In this document: positions 1 through 13,500 of the stretch, piece after piece
Layout of the letters: each line of letters begins with the position of its first letter
Position numbering within the stretch: position 1 is the stretch's first letter
NCBI GenBank assembly: GCA_036172245.1
Contig: JAYWIR010000051.1
Span: 496,001 to 560,000, forward strand
Origin: Raillietiella orientalis
Lineage: Eukaryota
Length of the DNA: 64,000 bases
Reading direction: 5' to 3'
Notes under the pieces: model-generated
What the model saw: the letters and a program-made list of their open reading frames with translations, nothing else
Databases searched by the model: none
Told to the model about the DNA's origin: nothing
Position numbers and translations under genes: made by a program

Positions 1-2652
1 GCGCGCCCCAGCCGGGGCCGCTCCCACCGAGTAGAGTCTCTTCGCTCCCGGACTGGGAGCGGAACCTCCAGAGGGATCGCGAGAGGGAATTCCCCTTCGG
101 GAAACGATCTCTACGGGGAGGGTCCGCATCCGATTCCTGCCCGATTCCCGTCTGGACTCCCTGGACGCTCCGGAAGAGCCCTCCCCTCCCGTCCCAACTC
201 GCCAGTGGGATCGGAGGGAATGGGATCCGCGTCTTCCCCTCGGGATTTTCTTCTCTCCTCTTCCCGACTTCCGTGCCAGATCGGCGCCACTCTCGTCCCA
301 TACTTCCTGGTGGCGCTGCTCGTCCGCCTCCGCGAACGCCGCTCCTGCCTGCTGGTGCAAGGCGGCGGCGTGGTCCCCGCAGATGGCCCGGGGGCACAGA
401 AAGATGCGCGCCGATCCCTGGGGGCCGAGTCACACGGAGAAGCTTGCCTTCGGCACCGGAGGGCGGTGCCCTCCGCGGGGACGGGAAGCTCCCGGATCCA
501 GATCGAATTGAGCCAACCCACCGGGCACTCGCGGACGACCAGCCGCCGATGGCGTCGCAGACGGCGGCCGACATTCCTGCCCCGGGGCGGGACGATGTTG
601 ACTCGGCCGTGACCCTGGAGGCGACGTGGCCTTCCCCTGGTCACTCCCTTGGCGGGTAGGATCTCCGCCGCGTCGAACGGCCTCAGCGCGCACAGACGTC
701 GTTTCCTGTCGGACCGCTTCGTTTCCTCGCCACGCAGCGACCTCTCCGGCAGCTGAGCGCGCGAAGCGGACGACGGACGGACGCTCCAGCAGGAGGGGAC
801 TGCCACCTCCGCGCGCCCTTCCTGTGTCGGAGATCACACCTCCACTCGCCCAGAAGCGGGGGGTGTATCGCCCCACCCTGTGCGTCCTGAAGTGTTCTGG
901 CGGCGGTCTTCCGAAGGGTCGAAGCTGCAGTCCTCCTCCCGTGCTGGAAGGAGGGGGGAGAGGGGACGAGGTGGCCCTTCCCCCCTCCCCGTTCTACCCC
1001 TCCCACGCTAACACCCGAGTTCCTCCGCGGGCTCCGAGCCCAGGGATGGTGGCTGCGCACACGTTGTGCCTTTCTCTTGGCGTTGCGCAGGCGCACCCCG
1101 TCGTCGTTGGCGACTTGCTGGGAGCAGCTGCCTCCTCACCCAGCGCCGGAGCTCTCTGGTTCGTCCGACGGTCACGAATTGGCTCCGTCTCGCACACCGG
1201 ACGGCGAGCGTCGTCCTTCTGGCGCGCGATGCCCCATAATTTCCCACCTCCTCCTTTCTCCCCTTGTCCATGTTCATCCCTTCCATCGTGGCTCCCGGTG
1301 CCTTTCCGTCCTTCCTTGCAACCCCCCCGACTTCGCTGAGTACCCCCCGAAGCACGTCTTCGGAGGGGTCAGCGTCTTCGGGACGCCTTGCGGCGGCGGC
1401 CCGAAGGGAACAGAGAAAACGATGCTTTCGGGACCTCCAGATGCTCGAGGCGAGGCATCTCCAGGATCCTCGGGTGCAGGCCTTGAGGTCGAAACTGTCT
1501 CGGGAGAGTGGAGGGAGCGCTGCTACCGCGCCGCGAGTGCCGCCGTCAACACGCGTGCAGAGGGAGGCACGCAACGGCTCCCACAGCCGGCGAGGGCAGC
1601 ATCTGCACTCGGGCGAGCCAGGCTGAAGAGCAGACGAAGGGTGATGGTGCCTGGAGGAGAGAAGCGTGAGTCTGCGTGGGTTGCCAGAGCCACTCGGGCG
1701 GCGGCAGGGAAGGCGCGAAGCAACACAACAAGGAGGGGGCGAAGCCACACGGAACCTTGCACTCCAGGAGTGGCAAGGAGCGGCGGAGGCCGCCATGGTG
1801 CCTGCGTGGGCGGACTCGTGAAGGAAAGTGGCGCGAAGGGAGCCTCATGTTTATACGGGTAGCTGGAAGCCAGAAAGATCCCTGGAAGGGAGGACAGCAG
1901 CGAATTTCTGGCCCGTGCGCGCGCCTAGGACCCGTCCAAGATCACCGGGGCAGAGGCATCTGCGGTTCCGATTGCAGTGGTCCTTGGCTCTCTAACCGCT
2001 CTGGTTCCAACGCGGCGGCATCATCGCCTGTGGATGAATCTTTGGGGAGGATGAGGAACCCGAAGGTCCCGGATGACGGGGATGCGGCCCCTTGGGGAAC
2101 AACACCTGGTTGGCTAGCTCTCCCCTGAGCCACTCGGCTGCGGAGATTCCTGGGGAGCCTGGGGCCCGACTGCGATAGGGAACGTCCGCAGAGGGTCGCT
2201 TACCCTGGCTGCCACGAAGCCAAGAACCTGCGCGAGCGCGCGGAAGGGGGGGAGGAGTTCCGCGATCTGCTGAGGCGCCTGTCCTCAGTCGACCACTTTC
2301 CAAAACGTGCGCCACTTTGCGGGTACCTGGAAAAGCGAATTCGGTGGCACGGGAGCGAGAAAGCCATGCCCCCTCTCTCCCCGGCAAGTCTTCCGGACTG
2401 AGCTTTGCGTTTTCCTCCCAGCCGGAGGGGGTGGGTGCGAGGGTGGCTGCCGCCAGGACGGAAAACGCATCTCTCCTCTACAGGATGGAAGGTGGCTGGA
2501 AAAGAGAGGAGAGAGATCGGAGCGCGGCCCAGCACGTGTGCACGCTGCTGAGAGACAATGGCGAGCCGTGTGGAAGGCGGGAAGGCAAGCGGATGGCCGA
2601 CAAACCCTGCAAAGGGTCGTGAAGCAGCCCGTGTAGACAGTATGGTTATCAT

Positions 2653-2658
2653 TTTATT
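2653..2658 (-). promoter_or_regulatory. Putative polyadenylation signal (AATAAA) of the EFHD-like gene
   Basis: TTTATT on the plus strand about 100 nt downstream of the stop codon at 2759. Confidence 0.55.
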
Positions 2659-2758
2659 GTCAACTCTGCGGCAGCAGAGCGTTATCTCGTGATAAAAGAC
2701 GTCCTGCGCTGCTGGGCAACGACGCTGGAAGTCTTTCGCAGTGGGTCTTCGAAGGTGG

Positions 2759-3988
2759 TCAGTGGTTTTCGAAGAAGGACATGGTTTTCTTGAAGCTTTG
2801 CTGCCGCTGCTGCCTCTCCATCTGCTGGCGCTTTTGCTCCTGAATTTCCAGGTTGCGCATATCGGAAGACAACATCGCGTGCTCCTTGATCTGGAACGGC
2901 AATTCCCCTTCACCCCTTTCCGCTCGGGAACCTCCTCCCCTGTCCGCACCTTGGCCTCATGAAAGCATCTGGCCTGGTTCACGCCAATCTGCTCTTCGGA
3001 AACCTCGCTCCTTGTGGAGGACTCCACGGCAGCGCTTTCTTCTTCAAGGTGCTTCCTTTTGAAGAAGCATACCAGCCTAACAAACTAGGGAAGGATGGGA
3101 GTAGACTCTGTCCGTTTGGCAACTCCCCTCGACACTATCCCAGACAGCAGCAAGGCAGAGGCACAGAAAAGCGAATTCGCTCCTCTTGGAAAACGACCGA
3201 CAGTGAATGTCTTTTTCAAAAGCAAAACAAGGCAAAAGGCCTCTCGCATCACCGAGAACCCACGGTCGAAGATCCGAGCGAGTGATGCAAGCAGCCTCCG
3301 TCGGCGGTGTCTGGCGCGCGTCGCATCCGAAAACGGGAAACCCGTTCCTCCCCCCCCCCTCCCCGGGACGAAGACCTCTTCCTCCTCCTCCTCCTCAGCT
3401 GGCTTCGGATTCCACCGGACGCAGTATTCCGTTCCTTCGGGACGAAAGCGGACCTTCTCCGGACGCGATTCCTTCCAGAGCCTGCTGCCTGAAGAAGGAT
3501 CGGTGACTTCACCGCACGTAAGAGGAGCACAGGGAAGAACGCACGTGCGCGCACCGTACGTACGCACGCACTCACAAAGCCGAAGGTGTAACCCCAATGG
3601 GAAATCCTTTGAAAAACGCAGCACTACCTGTTCGCAATCCAACCGGGCATTCCGCTGCCCTCCGGCGAACTGCTGGATGCACGACTTCAGCGCGCTGTGG
3701 GTCTGAGGGTATCCCAGCTTCTCCATCGCGAGCTTCGCCTCCTCGATGCCCAGGCGCGCGTCATGTTCCGCGGCATACCTAACGAGAGCTGATTTGAAAT
3801 AACCATAGCAACGGGTGAGCGAGAATGCAACTAAACTGCTTGAAAATCTTCAGACAGTTCTTCCTTTCGTCATTGGAGAGGTAGCGGTTCGTTCCACACT
3901 GAAGCACGATGCATGGCCCCTGGTCAGGAGCATCGATGGCCAACTGGCGGCGCGCCAGCTTCGAAGACAACTCCGTTTCGGCCAACAT
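2759..3988 (-). CDS. Swiprosin-1/EFHD-family EF-hand coiled-coil protein, divergent (4 exons, ~189 aa)
   Basis: Exons 3988-3837, 3778-3628, 3084-2950 and 2890-2759 join in frame (570 nt) across GT-AG introns. Product: MLAETELSSKLARRQ...NCLKIFKQYAAEHDARLGIEEAKLAMEKLGYPQTHSALKSCIQQFAGGQRNARLDCEQFVRLVCFF...IGVNQARCFHEAKIKE...QEQKRQQMERQQRQQSFKKTMSFFENH. This matches EFHD hallmarks as I recall them: ELxxKLxRR N-terminus, LKLMMEKLGAPQTHLGLK, GAKxFFEAK, and a C-terminal coiled coil. Confidence 0.88.
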
Positions 3989-4225
3989 TCTGAAAACAGG
4001 GCAACACTGAAGCACTGCGACATTCTGCCGGAGCTGGATCTGCCCCGAATGCCCGAAGAGTCCTCTCTGCATCCCGAGGGGGCAGGTTTGCGACCGGCCC
4101 TCCATCTCGAGAGAGACCTCGGCAGCAAGGAACGCGACGCGACAGCCCCCACACGCGCGCGCGCACCAGCCCGCACGTGCGGACGGACTACGAATGGGGA
4201 CACCTCGGAAACAGCGACGCCGGCT

Positions 4226-4686
4226 TCAAAAACGAAATTGTGCATGGTTCGCGGTACGAGGGCGCGATCCAAAGTTCCAAGACCTCGCTTCGGGGCACCA
4301 CTCGGCATGACTTTGTAACATCGACTCGTAAAGCCTTCGACTGGAGCCTTCTAGGAAGAGAGGTTTCGGTGCTGGTGGACGCAGGCGTAAGGCTATAGGG
4401 AACCGCAGCAAGCCGTTCGAAAGTGGTCCATGGCTGCTGCATTGCAGCGACACCTTCGCCGCCTCCAAATCGCTAATCTTGGAGCGGGGCAGCGAGGGAT
4501 TAGGAACTAAGAAATGCTTCCCTGGCGGCGCACTCTCTGCCAGCCGGTTTTGCCCGGACGTCGCGCGATGGTAGCCGGCGATTCGCTTTCCGTCCAACGA
4601 GAGCAGCCTGCCGAAGATACTCAGGTCCTTGTAGACCCATATCAACAGCATCCAGGCGAGCGTGATGATCGCCCGAGGCAGTGCCT
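4226..4686 (-). CDS. Possible terminal exon of an unidentified protein with one hydrophobic segment
   Basis: A ctcctag acceptor is followed by an open frame ALPRAIITLAWMLLIWVYKDLSIFGRLLSL... to a stop at 4226. A GTAAGC donor at ~4924 is phase-compatible. No family recognised. Confidence 0.25.
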
Positions 4687-7522
4687 CTAGGAGTCGGCTG
4701 CGGCGAAGCTGACTTCTGGCAGCTTCTTCCGAATACCGTCTTCGGATGGGGGGGGGGGACAGAACCGGAAGAAAGTCGCACCCGACCGTCTTTTAAGGAA
4801 CGCAACCATTCGGAAGCCGCCGCCTTCCCCCATCCGGCGAGGGTTGCAAAAGTGGCACGGGGGGGGGAGGGGGGCACGCGCGGCGCTTGAGAGTGGAAAC
4901 GCTGCGAAGCAGGCTGTTGCTTACGCCGAGACAACTTTCCTTGGGTCCAGTCCCCCGCGTGATGACACACTGCACCGCTGTGCCCCTTTCGGAAGCAGGG
5001 ACGAATACTGCTGCTGCTGCAGTTGAGTCACCACCGCCATGCGACGCGACGCAACCGCACGAGGGTGTTAGTTGCTGTTGCAGTCGGTGCGGTGGGAGAC
5101 AGAGAGCTTTCCGGATCGGCGCCGACTCGAAACCGGAAGTGATGAACCGGGAAAAGTACTACACGTTTGTCTATGTACTGATGCGAGCCCTCCGGAAAAA
5201 GCTGCGTGGAGGTGATGTGGGCGCGTTGAGTGGCACGGCTCGAGAAAGCGCAGCCTGAATGGGTCGGCCCATTTCGAGAGACCAGCAGGTGTGGAGCCGT
5301 GGGCGACGTCTTTCTCCCCCTGCGGGATTCGCTACGACGGTGAGAGTGCATTCCAGGAGTCGCGAGAGCAAAAAGTACCACAAGACCGTCGGAGGTGTCT
5401 GCGTGCCATTTGTCTAGCAGCCACGGCTCCGAGTACCGGAAAAGCTCCGACGACTGGAGCTCTCCAGGAGAAAAGACCGACCCCCTTCTGCGAAGACGCA
5501 CAAAGATGCCCTTCCAACTAAAACTGCCACTTGCCATCTTGGAGGAAGACTCGGAGGAAGCCGCACAGGGAGGAGCGACGGCGAGGGGAGATCCGCCGAA
5601 GACTGCAGCGCACAACCCCGAAGCAGCTGCGAGGAAGCGATCCCTGGGTCTCCGGTGCGGGGGAGACCAACGATGCAGGCTGCGGGAGATCAAAGGCGTC
5701 CCGAGGGATCGAATCTCGAGAACCAGACGCGAGCGATGTTTCTCCCGAGAGAGAGGGCAGGGGGACGGGGACGTTTTCGTCAGATGCGGTCGGTTCGGGT
5801 GTCCGTCAGAGACTACGAGGAGGGGGGCTGCGAACGGATGCCGCGATCTGGGAAGAATAAATTTGGGTTTCTCCGAGGGAGGGGGTGAACAGACGCACGC
5901 AGATGGTTGAACGCGCGTGCAAGCGACCAACAGCGGCGGAGATTCCGGCCGAAGAAGAGGATCACGACGCATGACGGATTGGTTGAGGGAGCAGATCTGC
6001 CCCCGGATTGTTGGTTGCCAACATCGGATTCCTTTCGGGGAAGGAAGAGGGAAGCTTCCGCTTCAAGGGAGAGGCGCCGAAGTGTGCAGAGGCCTCAGCA
6101 CGGAGGCGGAAATGGTACACCGCGATTCTCGGGCCCTACCACCGCTGGACCGAAGGAGAAGCAAGGAGAAAGGACTCCTGCATCCTCCGACAAACTCCGC
6201 TGCGCGGGGGCGAGGGGTTGCAGTCCACCGCCCCTGCCGTCGTTAAGGGACAAGAAGCGTCCCAGTCCACGACGAATCCTCCACGGGGAAGCCGATGCCC
6301 AGCATCCTCATCCCTCAAGGAGGCATCATCATCAAGCATCCGTCCGATTGGGAGCGGCGGGAGCAGGTCACGTGGACACTCGAGGTGGACTCGCAAGTCC
6401 CATAGCGCAAGGCATCTCAGATCTGCGTGGCATGCGTCCAAACGTGGTGAGGGAGGAAGAGAACGAAGTAGCCCCATGGAGGCTGGGAACGTTCTGGAAG
6501 GACACGAGGGAGGCATTCCGTTGGGGGGTGGCCAACTTCGACGTGCGGCCTCCCTACACGGCGCGCGGTTGCACGTTTCGGGTCTGCAGGAGTAGCGCGG
6601 CGGGGGCGGAACGATTCGCAACGTGATGCAGGGCTGCACACATGCCGGCGAAGAAATGCGATCCCGAAGAATCCGCATGAAGAGAATGCGATGCCACGGG
6701 CATACAGTGGGAAGGGAGCAGCTCCCACATTCGCGAAGAAGACAAAGGTAAAAGGAGGGTGGAGGGGGGACGAAAAAACACGGAGGATGGAAGGAACGAG
6801 ACAAAGGAAGAAATCGGCTGAAAGAAAGAAGCGTTCACTGTCTCTTACATTAGCTGGCTGTAATGCGCCACTGCTGGGTGGGATGGAGACTCCCACCAAA
6901 GAGTAGAGGCAGGCCGAAGCAGCTCGCCTGTCAACGGAATTTCGGCCTGCACGGCGTGCACGTCTCTCTGTGCGTCCCTCGCAGCGAGCCGAAATCCCGG
7001 ACAGGACGCTGATGGCGGAGAGGACCCGGGAGTTTCCGCACGAGTCCACTCCGCCCGGATGGCTCCCGAGTCGCTGGCAGCGAAGAGAGTCCTCGGGAGC
7101 TCTACACGGTTTTGGAGTGACCTCACTGGGAGCGGGTGAACCGGGTCATCGCGAAAAAGGCCCCAAAACCTCACTCTGGGATTCATACGGCAAGATGGGG
7201 CGGGCAGATGCGAAGTCGATGCTGATCGAGCCCCTACGTCGCGTCCAGGGGAAGTCCTCGTGCCCGTCACCGCCTCGAAATCTGTGTCCTCGTCCACAGT
7301 TTTTCCAGATGCAGTAGCGGTGATGAGTACGGCTAAACGCAAGGAACTTCGAAGAGAGCCGGAGCAGAATGGCTACCAAGGTTAATTCTCGAAAAGCAAA
7401 CGCTCCTTCCGGTCCTTCCTCCCAGACAGGAGCATTTCGATTCGGACGGGAGTGCCTTCCACTGCTCTTGGGGAACAGTTCCGTCCCAGAAGAATGTGAA
7501 CTCGCCGAAAGCATATATCTGA

Positions 7523-7590
7523 GTAGGTGGGGTAGGTTACGTGAGGTAGGGTTCGTTAGGTTAGGGGGAGGTTTAATCAGGTGGGTAGGT
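7523..7590 (+). repeat. G-rich degenerate (T)TAGG/GTAGG repeat patch
   Basis: gtaggtggggtaggttacgtgaggtagggttcgttaggttagggggaggtttaatcaggtgggtagg: several TAGG units and strong G skew. Confidence 0.5.
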
Positions 7591-10500
7591 GACCATCTTT
7601 TTTGCTACCGAAGGCAACGTTTGCGGTGCTAACTATGGAAAAGGGGCGTGGCTGCAGGATCCCTAGCAACAAGGAGGAAGTCGAGGAAATTGAGACCAAA
7701 GCGATCCCGCCAAAGTGACGAATACACTCCCCCAAAAGAGTTACAGCAGGGCAAAAAATCCTGAAAGTGGACCTTGAGGTACTGACAAGAATCGGTTGTC
7801 AATCGAAGCACCTGGCAAACGCGGGTGGCAAATTTCTCTTAGACTGCTGGTTAAGAAACTGCAACGGAAGCCCTACGGAGAGGAAATCTAATGCCATCCA
7901 TGGAGGAAGATCATGTTGCCAACAGTGAGGATTCGGAAGATCTCTCAACTGCCGCCCAGACAACGAAACCATGGGCACGCGTGGTGCAGCCCCAAAGAGT
8001 GAAGAGAACGCTCGCAGAGGTTACTCCCCTCAACTTCGTGAAAACCAAGAACAGCCCTTCGGCAAGCACCGGTGGCTGGGCTTCGGCAAGGCTGGTGGTG
8101 GGGTACAGCCTATTACGTATACCCCAGCCGTGACCTGAGAAGGGCCATGTCCACATCAGGTGACCTCCTGCGCTTGGTTGAAAGAGGTCATTGAAAGTGA
8201 GACGAACTGTCGCGCGCGCGCACACATGCGCACACCATACCTCAGGAACTGCAGCCGATCAAACGACTTGAGCTGGGGGTAACGACCGTGTCGCGAAAGA
8301 GCGCATGGGTTCATTCAAGGGTCACACATGCACAAAGCAACGTACTAGCCCTTGCACTTGATGGAATCACGACTGAACGAAGGAAACAGGATTTCTTCTT
8401 CTTCTTCCTTCGTCTGGAAGTGCCTTCGTGTTTGCTCGTTATCATCATTTTTTTTGCTTGATGTTGCTGAACGTTTGCAGACACTTCGGATCATGCTAGA
8501 AAGCAGGAAGAAGCTCCAGGATTGGTGCACTTGCTTGTTGAATAGACGATACGGATGGGAATGGTTGTACGCGATGGGAATAAGCTTGAAACGATTCCTC
8601 CCCTCCAGGAAAAAAGGGAAGAAAGAAAGCCACCCGCACAGGAAGGTCGCCCAAGTCACGGCGAAAAGAACTGAAGGGGAAAGCCACGTTCCGCTCAACC
8701 CCGTCTGGAACACCTCGTTGTACGCAAGCGAAGCCCCCGGCGCGGCGCACCGGGACGTGCGCGCCCTCAAGGTGCGCCGCTGGAAGCGTGAAAAGTTTGA
8801 AGTGAAGCTTTCCCAACAGCGCGAGAAGACCCGAAACGCTGCTGGGTATCTCGTGTGTTGCACCCAGAGGCCCACAAAAACCTGCAGCTAACATTGCAGC
8901 CCCGCTATTGTGCTTGAGGACAGCATGCTACCGATTGGCAAGGTCAACTTCGTTTCCGAATGGCTGTTCCGAGAAACGATTTCCCGCCATAACCGAACGA
9001 ACGGACGGCGACTCCCACGGAGGATCGTGCGGAGCCGCCGGGGAAAGCCTCCTACGATATTTCCGCTGCGCGAACTTGCGACTACTGGCGCGCTCGTCGT
9101 CGCCACCGGGCATTACCCGCCCGCCCCCGCTTCCCGCGGGGGGACGACCCCGGCAGTCCCTCCGCTATTGAGGGGAGCCCACTCTGCAAACAGCATCCGG
9201 CTTTTCTCTCCCTCCCCGCGCAGAAGCCTCTCCGGTGCGCTGTTGCCAGTCCTTCCCGGAACTTCCGACACCCGCCGTTCCCGTTGCCTTCAGTACTGAC
9301 ACTGGTTATTCCCAAGAAAAACAGCACATCACGGGCATCATCAAGAAGGATCACGGAGTGCGTGCCCAACAATGGCTGGGGGTATTCGTCAGGAACGGGG
9401 AATCGTTGGCGGAATCCGGCAGGGACCTGGGAGGAACGACAGATACAAATAGAGCGCCTTCCCCCCCCCCCCCCGAAACGCGGTTCTCGGATCGCCGTGC
9501 TCACGACTCGCCTCCTTTTGTGCTGGCAACGAGGCGGGTGCCGCCGACGACTCCTCGACTCCCGAAGCTGCCACGGAATTCTTTTGGAAGCGGTCTGTGC
9601 AAGATGGACTGGATGGGCATGCGGGAGAAAAATGAGTGATGTGGGTGCTCCGGAGACGATCATTCTAGCGGACGATGCATCATCGAGCGTCGCGCATCAA
9701 AGTCGTGGAAAAACCGGCAAGGGTATTCAGCCCCGCGACCGACCGCATGGAAATTTCGCTGAAGGAAACGAATCAGAAACAGCGCGAGTGCAGGGGGAAA
9801 AAAACAAACAAAAAACAACAACAAAAAAAAAAAAAAAAACAGTGCACCCAGATGCAGGACAGATAAATGTGCGAATAGATTTTCCAAGGTCATCCGCACT
9901 CCGGGCATCACAGCAAAATTCGAGAGAAAACGCGACCGCCGTTTCTCCTTCTTCCCTCCCCATTTCGAAAAAACGAACATTCCGTCAGTGAGAATTCCAC
10001 GGTGCACATCCACGAGGAGCGCCCAGCCACGGGCTGAATTACGCAGAGCAGCGCCCGCCGCTTGCGAGCGGATTTGCGCACTCGTTGTGCCCGCGGTTTG
10101 CAACTGAACACCCCCCCCCCCTTCCCCCAGGGAAAGTGTGTAGCTTTTCAAGTGCACGACGGTCAGAGAGGCAGCGAGTCGCGGACACGCGAATACTTCT
10201 GGCGCGTTGGTAGGGGGGCAACAAGAATTCGGTTCTTCCCACTGCTCTTCTCCAGGCCGATGCCTGCGTTCGCCTTCCACGCAGTGGCACACGCAAGCAT
10301 CGAATTACAAAGAGCAAAAGGAAGGACGTGAGAAAAACAACAACAACGACGACAAAAGGGATGGAAAGGCAGAAGAGGGCGGTTGGCGAAACTGTCCTCT
10401 GGAATCCGGGCACTACAAGCCGAACAAGGCACACAGGAGTGCACCCGATCGAACACCCAGGGACCCCCCAGACCCAGGGCGTTTGTCTTCTCCTCCCCCA

Positions 10501-13500
10501 TCACTACAAAAGGCAAGCAAAGTTCCGTTTACTCACGGCACTCAAGAATCGTTCGGCGCACGCACGGTAACCACCAACACCCAAATAGGCGCACCGCTGT
10601 GCTACATTTGAAATGGGAGCTCCACACAACATTCTTAACCCCAACGCTCATTCTGAAGACGCGAAGCGCCATTTCCCGCCGCTGTAACTCTATGCCCGAA
10701 TTGTGTGGAGTTCACGCTCGTTCCGTCGACGAGAATCCCGTATCAAAAGGATTCCCCCTCGTTCCTCGTAGGGGAGGAACACCGCGGGACTGGCCCTCGA
10801 ACCATGGGCGCGCTGTCACAGGGAAGACGGCGCTGAGGGAAAATCCATCAGGCTGACGACTGCGTTTCCCAGTTGCTCGTGAGTGCTCGCACACGGTTCG
10901 GAAATTTTTTCCCGTCGTGCGCCCGCCGAATCCGGGAAATCCATCATGGTTTCCGGGAATGACAGAACCCCATTTTCGGCAAGCTTGCGTGCGGCAACTG
11001 GAGAATGAAGCAGCGCACTTGATTGCCGGCGCCACCCGAATTCCTGAAATCCTATGAGCGGGGCAGCTGTAACACAGTCACGGCCGCAAAAAAAAAAAAA
11101 AAAAAACAGTATCCACATGCTGGTTCTTGGCGTCTTGCTAGCTCTCCTCCACCAGCAGCGCTGCAATCCAGCTGTGAGGCCGCGGCTCCTCGCGAAAGTG
11201 CATGAAAGGCGTGTTCCGCCGCGGGAAGCGGATCCTGCGAACGACGAGCACGGCGCGCGCGCCCGGGTGGCACCGGAGCTGCGAGCTCGCCTCCGTGGCC
11301 AATTCCAGCCTCGGGAAAGCGGGCGCGCTCGCTGTTCCCGGCCGGCCCGCGCGCCCGGGAAGCGGTTGGGAAAGGTCGCGCCGTGCGTCCCGGTAGCTCG
11401 AATCTCTCTTCTGGTCGGAAAACCAATGAGCCTTCTTCCCCTGTTGGCGCGGTGCTACCGTTCACGCGCGCGACCTAACACTATGTCGATGACGTTAACC
11501 ATTCCTCCCGAAGCGCCCCTGCGGCTCGGCTTCCGTCCAGATTCTTTGTTCCTCCACACGCCGCATAGCAACCAGGTCCTTTCTTCGTGCGCGCTATTCC
11601 TCGGCCTGATGTGAGAGTCGGATGGGTAGCGACAAAAAAAAAAAAAAAAACTTTGACCGCTCGTCGTGAGCTGCCAGCGCTCCTGGAGAATGTATGCCAT
11701 ACAGGGCGGCAGCACTGCAGCACTTGCTCGGGAGGGTGACTTCGCGTTGCGCCCAGCCCAGCCTCGCTTTCACCGTACGGTTTTCCCCAGCGCTTGCAAG
11801 CAGTGATTCTCTCTTTGCGCTTCTCTTTCCCATGGAAACATCCAAAGGAAATTTGGCTGTTTTCCTGGCGCTCTTTGGCTGTTCTGCAGTGGCAACTCAA
11901 AGGACTTGCCCTGTAATAAGGGAGCACGACTACGCACCCACTTTAAGCGCACTGGATTTGGGGGTTTCCCGTCGACGGTGTTCATTTCACAGACCACTCC
12001 GTCGCGAGTACCGCGACTTCGTTTGCAATGCGTCTTGGTCGTGGACACCTCCTCCAGCCTGTTCTTGAATCAGAAAGCGCCGGGTCACACACAGAACATG
12101 GACCCTGCATTTCACCTTCCAGGTATAGCGGAAGCAAACAGGCTCTTCGAGAGAGAAATGGAAAGAGCCTCCAAGGCTTCCTTATTTGGAAAGAAGCCTC
12201 CATCGCATTCGAGTGGTTCGGTTTTCGTGAACTCCAGGCTACCGGCCACTTGACCTGGGGTGCCGCTCGCAGACTTCCAAGCATGGAGAGAGCGCATCTT
12301 GTCGCGCAAGTCAGCGCATAAAGGCAACCGAGCACGACGAATGCTTCTCGGAAAGAGAAGAAGAGCATGACCGCAGGACAAGACCACTGCTGGGAGCCGG
12401 AAGCAAACAGGAAGTTCCCGCCGAACTACCTACCAGGAGATGACAGCAGGTGCGGGTTGCCTCTAAGCCTTTCGGAGACGCACTGGCAAACAGCAAACAA
12501 AGCGTCATCAGGGATCGTCGAGGAACGCCTCTTGATTTCTTCGGCAGGTCACTACGTGTTTCTTATTGCCCAGTAGTCATTTGAAAATACGCAACCTGAT
12601 CAGGATTCGTGATTCAACCTGATCGTGAAGACTTATTATTTTATCAAGCGCACACGCACAGAAACAAGCGAACTAATGCTGAGGACGGGAAATGCAAGCT
12701 CCCTTTCCAAACCAGGGAATTTCTCCTTGCAAATTTTTTTTTCTCAGGCGATTTTATCTTTGGGATATCTTCCTGGTCTCCTGATCGTGGAGGCCGACGA
12801 CCCCATTCTCGGCGGGCAAAGAGCAACTGAGTGGTCTGGACGCGAGTACAGCTGGTTCAGACTCCGCACCGGGGTCTTCCACCCACGCTCGCATCTTCTA
12901 GACTCGGAAATATTCGGCGGAAGTCCCCCCTGACAGGCTGTCTCATCTCCCCCAAACCCCACGTATCTCCGTCCGAGGAAAGTCTTTGACGAGGTTCCTT
13001 AATCCACTTTTCGGCGAGCGCCATCTAGTCTTCTTCGGATGCCTTTCCGGATTCCCAGATTTTCCTGGTGCTCCTAGCCAGATGCGGATCCCCTCACTCC
13101 GACCCTGGACCAGGGCAGTAGTCTCTCACTGAGCTGACTCTACTGTTGAGGCTTCTGTTTTCCACCACGGTTCAATGACAAACGGAGTGCGAGCAGGAAT
13201 CAGAAACGATGTGTGCTCGCAAGTCTGCTTTCAATCCTCCTGGATACCGCCGTTAATTTCAAGAGACAGCCGAGATACATCGTCTCTTGAGCTCATTTGA
13301 GCTGGTCTTTCCGAGAATGCCACGACATCGAGGATAGCATGGAAACGTTTGAGCGCGTATGAGGGAAGGAGGCGGATTTCGATCAAGGTTCCTACTGTAC
13401 TGGACAACTCTTTTTGTTGCATTCAACTGCAAACATGGAAGAAGCAGGTAGACCTATGGACGGTCCAAATGGTCCATCGAAAGGAGGCAAGCAACACAGA

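Noticed and set aside
7542..7563. TGAGGTAG let-7-family seed
   Set aside because: Part of a G-rich low-complexity patch with no complementary arm for a hairpin.
12592..12628. Short direct repeat CAACCTGATC (23-nt period) considered as a CRISPR-like or target-site duplication signal
   Set aside because: Only two 10-nt copies, eukaryotic context and no associated element.
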